Below, one piece after another: positions 10,161 through 20,646 of a stretch of DNA of 32,000 nt (its first letter is position 1; each line of letters starts with the position of its first letter). The notes below the pieces were generated by a model. The model made no database searches, was not told the DNA's origin, and worked only from the letters and a program-made list of their open reading frames with translations. A program made the position numbers and the translations under genes. Source of the stretch: Wallemia ichthyophaga EXF-994 (lineage: Eukaryota; Fungi; Basidiomycota); the NCBI RefSeq assembly GCF_000400465.1, contig NW_008806274.1:761588-793587 (forward strand), in the 5' to 3' direction.

Positions 10161-10715
10161 ATGATGTCGTTCTTTTCTATGATCGTAACTCGTATTATAG
10201 TGGAACTTTTTTCATTTATACTTCTCATTTCACTGCAAATTTATGGATTAAGGAAGCTCCTACCCATTTCATTAGAACATGATATAAAGAGCCAATTTAT
10301 CTACGCAATAATCCCAGGGCTCTACGGAGTCCTCAACGATTATAATCTATTACCAGATTTCAGATGGTACGATATACCTGACTACTGCGTATTGCCTTGT
10401 ACAATCGCTGGAGCGCTTTTCCTGGCTGTCGTTATGCCAGAGAAAATGTTTGCTTACCATCCTTCGTTCAAAGGCGCTCCACCACACAAGAACAGTTTCA
10501 CTCCACTCTTAGCATACATTATGACGTTTTCAGACACAAGCTTCTTTCTCACTTCTCCACTCTTCTTATGTATGGTTTTGGCGTCCTTCTTTTTGGAGGA
10601 TAAAAAGCCTTTAAGAAGAATGTTTGGAAACGCGGTAGGTCTCTATGCGATTATGGCGGTTATGTCACGTGGGATGGTTGAAGTGATAGAGGCGTGCAGC
10701 GAGGAGAAGCCGTAG
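10161..10715 (+). CDS. multi-pass membrane orphan protein, copy 2 (184 aa)
   Basis: Intronless ORF with several hydrophobic segments. Paralogous to 9182-9781 (LxxYxLxxDxRWYxxPD, SFFxxxP, RGxxxxxExxxExK). No family recognised. Confidence 0.7.
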   Translation: MMSFFSMIVTRIIVELFSFILLISLQIYGLRKLLPISLEHDIKSQFIYAIIPGLYGVLNDYNLLPDFRWYDIPDYCVLPCTIAGALFLAVVMPEKMFAYHPSFKGAPPHKNSFTPLLAYIMTFSDTSFFLTSPLFLCMVLASFFLEDKKPLRRMFGNAVGLYAIMAVMSRGMVEVIEACSEEKP

Positions 10716-11346
10716 AAAGCAACAGCCGAGAAGAGGGTTCTACCAGAGGAAGAAAAGGGGAGAAATGAGATGACAGGCGAAGCAGCGGAATCTGCAGGCG
10801 AGAAGGGGTTGTTGAAGAAGGAAGAAATAGAAGTTGATGGAAGCTGAGACAATGAAATACCAATGACGAGACATTCATAGACAAACGAAGAGCTTATATG
10901 CATGATGAAGAAATTGAGATAAAACTTACTTATTGATATAGATGAACTAACGATAGAGTGATATAGAGTGCAATAGTGATATTTTCAGTGTGTTTTGATG
11001 TCTTGAAGTGAGAGAAAGCTGAAATACGAGACACTATAAATAGGTAAAAGGAATCAGTGATAGGCTAAAAGCATGTTGCGAAATTATACATGACATCGAT
11101 CAGGGAGAGAAAGCCTTTACTGTCACGACAGTAAACCCTTTTGTTTAGAGTATCGGAATATTCGAAACCTAGATTGAAGGAATAGCGGAGCATGTACCAA
11201 AGTGACTTGTTCGTATTGCAGACACAAGCAAATGTCGTCGTACTGAGCGAACAGCTCTTAATCTTGATCAGTTAGACCGACATGAACGAATTAGAGATGT
11301 TGAAGTGTCGGAAAGACGTCTGTGAGTTCAGCGAGGCTGAGATAAT

Positions 11347-11948
11347 TCAAGGGGGCGATGGAAGACATGTCCTAAAGATGCTGGAGAAAGTGAGGAATTG
11401 GGAGCACTGCGCGGTGAGCTCGTTGAGTGTGTCGGAGGAAGGGACCATGCTCACGGCGTCTTCTGGCAATGTTACCCGGTTGAGCTTGGAATAGTCTGTG
11501 TTAGTTAGTCCGCATGTGTATCTTGGGGAGTTATCCATGCGCATGTCGAGAGTGAGTGTGGAGAGGTGCGGGAGGCGTGAGATGCCATGTGAAAGGTCAA
11601 TTAGAGCACCTATTTGGGCATTTATGAAGAAATTGAATCCTCTTTTAACTTGTGCTTGAAAGTGACACTTGCGCCAATTGTATGTTTTAGATACTTAACT
11701 GTCTTTTCAGAGCTGAGAAAGTCGATCAGGTTGTCAATCTAACCAATATTTCCAGTCGATATAAATGTTTCATGGTCAAATTAAATTAAGGCGCAGTGAA
11801 TGTGTACCAGAGGATAGACTGGCAGATCTGTTGAGTCTTCTGGGAGTTGCGGGAGGTTGCTGAGCTTAAATGTGTGAATTTTATGGTTATTCTTGTCCAG
11901 AGTGGATGTCTGCTGAGCCCAGCGAACTTTTGCCTTCACTTTAGACAT
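11347..11948 (-). CDS. possible hypothetical protein (about 157 aa) or decayed gene; weak LRR-like segment
   Basis: Can be made continuous with introns 11807-11739 (GTACAC...TTAG) and 11668-11610 (GTGTCA...ATAG), total 474 nt, but both donors are weak. Contains ISRLPHLSTLTLDM. Confidence 0.3.
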
Positions 11949-12044
11949 TCTAGGTGCAAGTAAACAAAGGGAGCGATGCAATGTAGAATTGCGATATAGT
12001 AATACAATCTAGCAATACATAAGTCTATAAAAAGGCATTGTTAC

Positions 12045-12693
12045 TTAACCAAGGATCGTGATTTGCTGATAAACCAAAGAAGGCAGGCTTGTTCTGAGTT
12101 CATCGCCCAGATCACAGACTTGGTCGTATAGATGGTGCAGTTGCTGCTTATCGTGTGTATCTAGCTTCTGTCCAAGCTTTTTATCAACGACCGGCACAAC
12201 AATCTTCTTTGTCTTCTGTTCAGTGTATCTGATGAGGTTATTGATCTCACTGTAATTGAAAATTGTAGTGTTCTTCATGTTGAATCTGCTCAATTCGCCA
12301 CTAGCACTTTCAATTACGCTATTCAGCTGCTCCAGTAGGCTATTCATCACTCTAACATCTCCAGACGCGCTAATATCCTCAAGTTCGCTCAACGCCTGCG
12401 TGTAGTTGTTATTCAGATCGATATTTCTCACTATCTCCGCTATCGATAGTTCCCGTGGAGGCGTTGTTGTGGTATTGGTGGCGGTATTATTGAGAGCGAT
12501 TGGTGTAATAGTTGTACCCTGTTTTTCACCCTGAATACCCTCTGTATTTCCCATTACTTCTTTAACCAAAGGCTGAGCAAAAGCAGTGGCTATTTGAGTA
12601 TCAGCAATTAGGCATTACGGCACCACTGATCCACCCACCTGCAATTGCAATCGCAAATGCACTAAAAATTAACCCTATTTTATTCAGCAACAT
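12045..12693 (-). CDS. secreted glycoprotein-like orphan (199 aa)
   Basis: Exons 12693-12639 and 12589-12045, intron 12638-12590 (GTGGGT...GCTGAT...AAATAG). The true N-terminus MLLNKIGLIFSAFAIAIAATAFAQP is a signal peptide, followed by a Thr-rich linker and several N-x-S/T sequons (NNT, NTT, NYT, NYS). Confidence 0.8.
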
Positions 12694-12941
12694 GGTTGTA
12701 CTTGTGTAAGATACTAAACATTGTTTCCGAATTTGGGCGCAGTGAGGCTGCGGAATTTAGCAAAATGACGTGATGGGTGTAGAGGTATAAAACACACCAA
12801 ATAATACTTCCACTCCCAATCCCACTCAGTGACATATATTTTTCTGTTCCTCGCCACTCCAATCTGTCAGTCTTATTTTTATTCGTACCTGGTGCTATTT
12901 ATACCATGGCCAAGATGATCTTCATATATCGTCATACAACA

Positions 12942-15439
12942 CTAATCCAATCTCGGCTGCTTGTTTTGCTGCTTAATCTCTCCAGTGTCGCTCTTGCGCT
13001 TCCCGAATGTTATCTTGCCACCGAGTTTGAGTCCACCGGCTTGTGCGCCTGCGCCTGTGCCTGTGCTTGTGCTTGCACCTAAACTACCAATGGGTGCGAA
13101 TGTCGACTTGGCGGGCTGCTCTTGCTGCTCCGGTGCCGGACTGCTGCCGACGGGGACGAAAGAGGAGGTGCCATTAGCTTGCGTGTGTTGATTATCTTCT
13201 GGAGGAGCAAGTGTACTAGTGCTAGTGCTTGCAGTTGTATCATCACCTGCCCTATTACCAACACTTTCAACTGCATTCCCACTCCCACCGCTCCTCTTCT
13301 CGAGTCGAGAACCAGCGTCGAACAAAGAATCACTCTGAGGAGCAGCACCTCTATTACCAACAGAGAGCACCATATGTGCTGAACCAGTGGCTTCTCTCCT
13401 AGACTGAAATGCCCCCATGACATTGAGCGGAGTTTCGCCACTAGTCATAGCCATCTGCCTACGTTCCATCTCAATTTGTCTAAGTTTCTTCTCCTGCCCC
13501 TTGGTACCCTGACCTCTACCATGAAATTTATAATTGAGGTATTTCCACGCCTCCTTAGCTGTCTGCGCGCGCCCAGTCTCGTCATGGTACTTGATATCGA
13601 CCGACGGTTTATAATTGCGCTCGAATGCTTCTTTGTCTTCCTGGGCAGAACGTGCGTCGCGCGAGCGCAATTCACGATCACGATCCTGCTGCGACTTGGT
13701 CTCGTCGAGACGGATGCGTTGGCGGTGCTCCTCGCGTACTACCTCTCGCGCGCGCTGGTCAGCGAGGAAATGTAGACTTTCACTCTGCACACGCTCTCGC
13801 TCTCGCTGTTCTGGCGTTAGTGCTTCTATCTGGCCCTGCTGCTTGAGCGACGCGAGGAGTGATCCGAGCCCTTTAGCGTGTGTGGTGTGTGTGGGGGGAT
13901 TTGTGGGTGTGTTTGCGGTGGATTCCTTTTCGAAACCTCCGTCTCCTTGGTAACTTTGTTCTCCTTTCTCCTCCTCCTTCTTTATCCCATCCACATCCTC
14001 AATCGTTACATCCATATCGGCAGCCACGTCGAGGGGTTGGTCACCATCTACACTTAGATCAGGCTCCTTCTTCACACTCACACTCTCATGTACCTCTTGC
14101 GCCTCTTGTTGCGGTGCCATTTGGACAGTACGTATGAATTCACTAGTATCGTCCAACACCAGCGACTTTGCCTTTCCATCGAACTCTTTTTCCGTCTCTT
14201 CACCATTTCTGCGCATATCAATCTCATCCAGCTCGCCAATCTCAGCTGCTATTTCTTCAGGCTTCTTCTGGCGCACCGCCTTGCTCCGCCGCTGCTTATC
14301 TCGCCTCTGCTTCGCCAGGGCTATTTGGAGATCATCGTCATCTATCATGTTGGTGTGTTCAAGGTTGGCACGTTCACGTGGAGCGGGTGGTTTCATTTCT
14401 ACATGTGTACTTGTACTTGTGTCTATCTGCATATCGCCATCGACCACTTCAGCCTTGCGTGTGCTCCTCTTCTTAGTCTTTTTGGTCTTTGGTTTCTTGA
14501 ATCCTACATCACCCTCTTTGAGGAAATCGCTAGGCTGCTCATTCTTCAGATAGTCAAGACTGAGAAGAGTTTTGTTAAGTTTTTCGGTAGGCTGAGTGAG
14601 GGTGGAGTTGTCATGATTATCTGTGGTATTTTTAGAGGTGTGCGCGGTTGCATCACCTAGTCTGAATCCACTATCTGCACCAGCGAGCTCCTCATCATAT
14701 TTACTAAGTAGGGCTGGCTTTTTAGCTGCACCATCAGCTCCAAACTCCTCATCATCTAGACCTGTATACTGACGCGCTTTCACGCCTTTACTCAGCTCCG
14801 CTCTCTCTCTACCCCGTTCATCCTCTGCTAGGTCAAGATTTTGTAGCTCGTCATCGGCGTCGTCGAGCACAGCGCCGTCTTTGAGAGTAAGGATGTGGTC
14901 TTTACCCTCAGCGAAATCATCGACATTGTGACCCACTCTCAGTCCGGAGAGGTGGGATTCGTTGTAGTTGGAATCATCCTGAGTGTACAGGTTGTCTTGC
15001 TCCAATTGCGCCCGCGCTACTCGCTCAGCAGCCTCTTTCTGCTTACGTTTAAGTCGTTTGGCCCATTTCTTTGCATCATCTTCTCCGGTATCCTCACCAA
15101 GCGTTTTACCTTTAAGGCGTTTATTCAGTTGTAGTTTGTTGCGGGTACGCTCGATATTCACTCGCTGCTCTTCACTCTCGCGCTGCTTCTGCTCATCTGC
15201 TTTGAGAGTGGCGTAGTTGGATTCTGCTGACTGTGGGGGTTTTTAGAGGGGGTAAAATATATATAAATAAAAATACGCGCACCTTTTCATTGTTCTGTGA
15301 GCTATTGTCATCTTGAATTGGCTGTGAGAGATGTGAGATGGGAGATGGAGATGAGATGGAGATGCGTCACCTTCAAACCAAGCTTGACACGCATAGCGTT
15401 GGTGTCCTCGAGGGACATTGATTCCGTGGCTTGCGACAT
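12942..15439 (-). CDS. SNU66: U4/U6.U5 tri-snRNP protein Snu66/SART-1
   Basis: Exons 15439-15371, 15321-15283 and 15230-12942. N-terminal HIND-like motif SMSLEDTNAMRVKLGLKPI; C-terminal SART-1 motifs YKPSVDIKYHDETGR...KEAWKYLNYKFHGRGQG...KKLRQIEMER. Confidence 0.92.
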
Positions 15440-15521
15440 GCCCTATATACACAGATGATGGACGTAAGAGATAAACAAGTAAATCGTCATGAGTAAAGGA
15501 AGAATACAAAATAAAGATAAA

Positions 15522-16144
15522 TCAGACAACGCCAGGCTTTGGGTCAGCGGTAGTTTCACCAGTGCTGACGGATTGAGCAACATCAATCGAGCCAGTGAAG
15601 GAGCCACCACGCTCTTGGGCCTTTGACTTGTAGTTTCTAATAGCAGAGCGAATAGCGTCTTCAGCGAGCATGGAGCAGTGGAGCTTGACAGGTGGGAGGG
15701 AGAGTTCGCGTGCAATGTCGGTGTTCTTGATAGCACCTGCTTCGTCGAGGGTCAAGCCTCTCACTCTCTCAGTCATGAATGAAGAGGAAGCGATGGCAGA
15801 ACCACAACCGAAAGTCTTGAACTTTACATCAGAGATGAGTCCCTTATCGTCGACCATTATCTGCAGCTTCATAACATCACCGCATGCAGGTGCACCAACG
15901 ACACCAGTACCGACATCCATATCGTTCTTGTTGAGTGAACCGACCTGCCAAGTGTTTTAGTAGATATTCTCATCTTTTACCAGCCAACGCCACTCACGTT
16001 ACGTGGGTTTGAATAATGGTCCATTACGCGTTCATGGTAGAGACGAGCAGTGGATGGTGCAGCCAATGTGCGTGGCTGTAGCTGAATAGCTGGCCTGGCC
16101 ACGCTGGCAATTCTTGTCGAGCTTCTTAATACGTTTGTAAACAT
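15522..16144 (-). CDS. ISU1: mitochondrial Fe-S cluster scaffold Isu1/IscU
   Basis: Exon 16144-15998 (presequence plus YHERVMDHYSNPRN), intron 15997-15945, then VGSLNKND...GAPACGDVMKLQI...FKTFGCGSAIASSS...LPPVKLHCSMLAEDAI. Confidence 0.96.
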
Positions 16145-16205
16145 GTTGATTGTTTATGTTGAAGAAGTCACGGGCTACGTCACAGAGTCATATTTTTTGA
16201 AAATT

Positions 16206-16952
16206 TTAATCAATTTCATTATAGAGATCAGCTTGTCCAAATCCGCCGATTACACACATGAGAACCATCCATGTGTTTTTGGTCGTCGGTGGGTTGTTGA
16301 TATTGATCAATGACATAACACCCCTAGCCAATACTCTCAAATTACTAACGAGATTTCCACTAAAATCTTCAGGTCGGCTAGCCATCAAGAAGACTAACCA
16401 ACGCGTTTGCAGATCACCGAGATTCTGGTTTTGTTGTGCATCCTCCACTAAGAAGGTCATTAGAGTGATAGCGGAGACGCAAGTTAGTGATTTTAAAATA
16501 GAAATCTTTGGTTCATGCGATTGATTGTTGATGTAATTGATCCACCCGGATCTATCCTTTTTACCTGGGAACGGCATGTACCCGTGTGGCAAATGGGATA
16601 GTGGGGGTGGCTTAATAGTGGCTATCAGACTCCGGAGTTTCTTGAAGTTTGCTGAATAAGATTGCTGCCATTCTGAGTGAGTGAATGAGTGGCTGCTTGA
16701 TTGGGTATTTGAACCAGCCACTTGGACTCCCTCATACGGATTCAACACGCGTTTCTGATTCGGTATTCTGGCTGCCTCGCGTCTTTTCTGGCGTTGAGCG
16801 TATCACACTCATAATCCCATCACCCACCTCACTGTAAACAGATACTGGGCTCCATCGGCCACCTCTCCACTGAAATCCATTGGCAATTCAGCCACAGGAA
16901 GTACTTGTGCGCCAGTTGAGATATCCTTGCTCTCATCCCGATCACTGCTCAT
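16206..16952 (-). CDS. Gemin2/SIP1 (SMN-complex, Brr1-like) family protein
   Basis: Exon 16952-16828 (LPVAELPMDFSGEVADGAQYLFTVR), intron 16827-16783 with AAG acceptor, giving YLFTVRREAARIP, which resembles the Gemin2 signature. C-terminal RWLVFLMASRPE and GGFGQADL. Confidence 0.7.
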
Positions 16953-16997
16953 CGCCGTGTCTGTTGAACAACGTCCACCACCATCCACCACCATATC

Positions 16998-18484
16998 ATG
17001 TCTTTGTTCAGGCCATTTAGAAATTCAATTCCCTTTAGGAGTTTATCCACCAACGCCGCCGCCTATATCCACCCCACACACCCAGACTCCCCCCAACCCC
17101 AGGCCACGCACGACAAACTCGCGCGCTACTCTCGCAGTGTTCTCAACACATACGCACGCCCACCAATAATCTTCACCCGCGGAAGTGGTCTCTACCTCTA
17201 CGACTCCCAGCACCGATCCTACCTCGACATGAGCGGCGGTATTGCCGTCAACGCGCTCGGGCACGCTGACGAGGGCGTGGCGAGGGTGATGGGCGAGCAG
17301 GCTGCCAAGCTCGTGCACAACAGCAACCTCTACCACAACGAGTGGTCGGGTGAGCTGGCCCACTTGCTCACCACCCTCACCAAGCTCCATGGCGGTATGG
17401 GCTACCAGCCCAATTCCGCCGACTCGTCCGGCCTCAAAGTCTTCTTGGCCAATTCAGGCACCGAAGCCAACGAGGGTGCCTTGAAGTTCGCCCGTGTCTC
17501 CGGCAAAGCCAGGGCAGAGAAGGTGGGTGTGGATGCCGCGGACAAGAGCGAGCTCGTCTGCTTCCGCAACGCCTTCCACGGCAGAAGTATGGGTGGTTTG
17601 TCCGTCACACCCAACCCCAAATACCAAGACCCTTTCGCACCTCTCATCCCAGGCGTGCGCGTCGGCGATATCAACGACATCCACTCCCTCACCTCCCTCG
17701 TTACCGAGAAGACATGCGGCGTCATCATCGAACCTGTCCAAGGTGAGGGCGGGATACACAATGTGGATGTGGAATTCCTGCAGGCTCTCCGCAGACGCTG
17801 CGACGAGGTCGGTGCTGTGCTCATCTACGACGAGATTCAGGTGTGTGCCGTTTGTGTAGGTGGATAATGACCCTTCTAACTTTGCCTCCAGTGCGGTCTC
17901 TTCAGAAGCACCGACCTCTGGGCCCACTCCGCTCTTCCACCTAACGCACACCCCGATCTCATCACCATGGCGAAGCCACTCGCAAATGGGTTCCCTATCG
18001 GTGCAGTGATGATGCGTGATAGTGTAGCTGAGCATGTGTCGCCTGGTGAGTGGTTGATTTCTTTGCCACACGCGCCATTTAACTCTCTTCAGGCTCCCAC
18101 GGCACCACTTTCGGCGGGTCACCACTATCCACGTGCGTGGCACACCACGTACTCACACGTCTGGCGCAGATGCCCGACTTGAAGGCGCGCGCGGGAGTTC
18201 TGCGCGAGAGGCTCGACGGTCTCGCTGCTGCATACCCCGATGTGGTAAAGTCGCCGGTGCGCGGGAGGGGCTTCCTCCTCGGCCTGCCTTTCCTCAACTC
18301 GGCTCACCCCGCACGCGCACTCACCCTCGCACGCCAACGCGGCCTCCTCATCCTCGTTGCGGGATCAGACGCCGTGCGTATCGTGCCCAGTCTGACCATC
18401 GCTGAGAGCGAGATACATGAAGCTTGCCATGTTCTCGAAGCTGTTCTCGAGGTACTGAGGAGGGAGAGTGAGCATGGCGTGTAG
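16998..18484 (+). CDS. ARG8: acetylornithine aminotransferase (class III PLP), mitochondrial
   Basis: Introns 17841-17891 and 18046-18092. Motifs YLDMSGGIAVNALGH, FLANSGTEANEGALKFAR, FHGRSMGGLS, IIEPVQGEGG, YDEIQCG, TMAKPLANGFPIG (PLP Lys) and HGTTFGGSPL. Confidence 0.93.
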
Positions 18485-18612
18485 TTGCGTGAGTGGGAAT
18501 GTGAATGCGCAATCCACTGCCCGTTTATATGCTTGTTTGTAATCCATTTTAAAGATAGATTTCGTTTATTTAAACCCACATCACTCTTATCAGCCACAGC
18601 CACACACACACA

Positions 18613-19585
18613 ATGCGCGGTCTGGAACGAGAGAGAAGAGCGAGCGAGCAACGCATGGCGCCAGCCGAGGCAGTCGATCCCGCTATGCCCGTCCACGAGG
18701 GCTACAAGAGCCAATGGGCGCGTTACCGCAACATATATCGTGGCGAGCTCGCGGAGTTTCTCGCGACATTGGTCCTCATAGTAATAGGCGCAGGTGTAAA
18801 TTGCCAGTATACACTACAGAACAGCGGTGTCGCCCTTAGTGTTCCTCTCACCTGGGCGTTTGGTGTGGCTGGCGCAGTCTGGGTGAGTGGCGGCGTCAGC
18901 GGTGGGCATCTCAACCCAGTCATCACCATCTCTCTGGCACTCTTCCGCGGATTTCCTTGGAGGAAAGTCCCCACCTACGTTGTGGCGCAGGTTGTGGGAT
19001 GTTTCACTGGTGCTTGCGTAGCATATGCCAACTACTACTATTCTGTAGATCAGTATGAGCATGGCTTACGCACTATTCACGGTCACACCGCCACAGCTGG
19101 CCTATTCTTCACAATGCCCCAACCATATCTGCCCGCTTTCAACTGCTTTTTCGACGAATTCTTAGGCACCGCTGTGCTCGTTGGTATAGTCTTTGCCCTC
19201 TCTGATAGATCAAACCTCAGCCCTCCACATGGCACAATGCCTTTCGCGCTCTTTCTCACCATCTTTGGTTTGGGTGCTGCCCTAGGCGGTAACACAGCGG
19301 GTGGGTTTAATCCAGCGCGTGACTTGGGTCCTAGACTCATGTGTTGGCTTGTCGGATATGGCGATGAAGTGTGGTCTTTCTTCGGTCAGTATTGGCTTTG
19401 GTGTGGTTGGCTTGCCCCGCTTAGTGGGGGTATCGCTGGGGCTTTAGTTTATGATGTCTTCATTTACTCTGGTACTGATTCACCGATTAACACGTGAGTC
19501 GGCAGTTGTCTCACTTCCACTCTCCCCATTCTCACACACCCACAGCAGCAAACACCCGGATACTCTCGAATCCAGCCACGCTTAG
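18613..19585 (+). CDS. aquaglyceroporin (MIP family)
   Basis: ELAEFLATLVL, GVSGGHLNPVIT (NPV), FDEFLGTAVL and GGFNPARDLGPR (NPARD, glyceroporin type). Intron from 19494 to 19545 or 19548 (tandem CAGCAG) then a short last exon ending TAG 19583-19585. The start could be the second ATG (MAPAEAVDP). Confidence 0.92.
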
Positions 19586-19910
19586 ACTGTTGGCTGTTCA
19601 AAACGGAATTATGTTGCTTGCCAATACCACATTCATGCACAAATGCACATGCACATATCTTCACTATAAACTGCATTTATCAAAGAGTACGAGACAAGTG
19701 AGCTACGATGAGGGTATTTGTGTAGGTTATTAGAATATTCCGTTGGTACCAAGAAAAGTGAAAAAGAGTGATGAAACGAGGGGCTTTCTGAATTTCGTCT
19801 TTCGTCATTCGTTCTGAGGTGGGAGTGAGCGTGTCAAACCAACACCACAGAAACTCCCCACTCACACTAATATGCTGCTGCTGATTTCGTTGTCGTGATT
19901 ATCGTATCAA

Positions 19911-20570
19911 TCAAAATCCAAATGTGTTCTCTCCTGAGTCTGGCGTGTGTGTGAGCTGCGTCTGTATTATACCCCACACTCCACTCACAAGTAACGTATA
20001 AGAAGCCGTCCTCATCTTTGTGCTCATTGTATATTGCACTCATTAGCGCTGCAGTTGGTGGAAGCTCTTCATTAACGAATATGAATATGGCCTGGTGTGG
20101 TAAGTTAGAAGATACACACACACACACCATTCTCACCTTCTCTGGTGCCAGCTTTATTCTCTTTCTGATTACGTAGACGAATTGGCCGACGGTGAGGTCC
20201 TTTGAGGCTGCATGAGCTGTGCAAGCTTTTATACCACAACCAAACCCACAGAAGGTACCAAATATTTTTTCTTATCGATTGTTGGAATGTCTGTTTTATC
20301 TCCTTTCTCGCAAATTACCTGGCGTCATCGTTGAGTCGAGCCGGGTGGATGAATGAGCGCAACACCCACAGGTATTCTGTCTGGATACTTGGATCTAATC
20401 CTCTCAGCTTCAGCTTTGCGTTTCTCTGGAGATGGTTAGTTGTGTAAGTGGTTGTGATTGGTGGCTGCGTATGGTGGATGCGTACCAAATGGATGCTCGT
20501 CCTTGTAGCTTGTTAGCAGTAGCTCATATCACTCACATCACTCCCTCCTCACCTTGAATTTAGATCTCAT
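19911..20570 (-). CDS. ATG8: autophagy ubiquitin-like protein Atg8 (6 introns; mostly missed by ORF track)
   Basis: Spliced product [117 protein letters not shown]. Confidence 0.97.
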
Positions 20571-20646
20571 GACTGTGCGTTATCAACAAAGCGCGGCGTT
20601 GCGAAACGCCTTAGACAATTTATAATAAATACAAAAACTGTGAAAT

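Noticed and set aside
11282-11494. 70-aa plus-strand ORF with an open frame continuing after its TAG
   Set aside because: It is antisense to the better-supported minus-strand open frame at 11347-11609 and has no independent coding signal.
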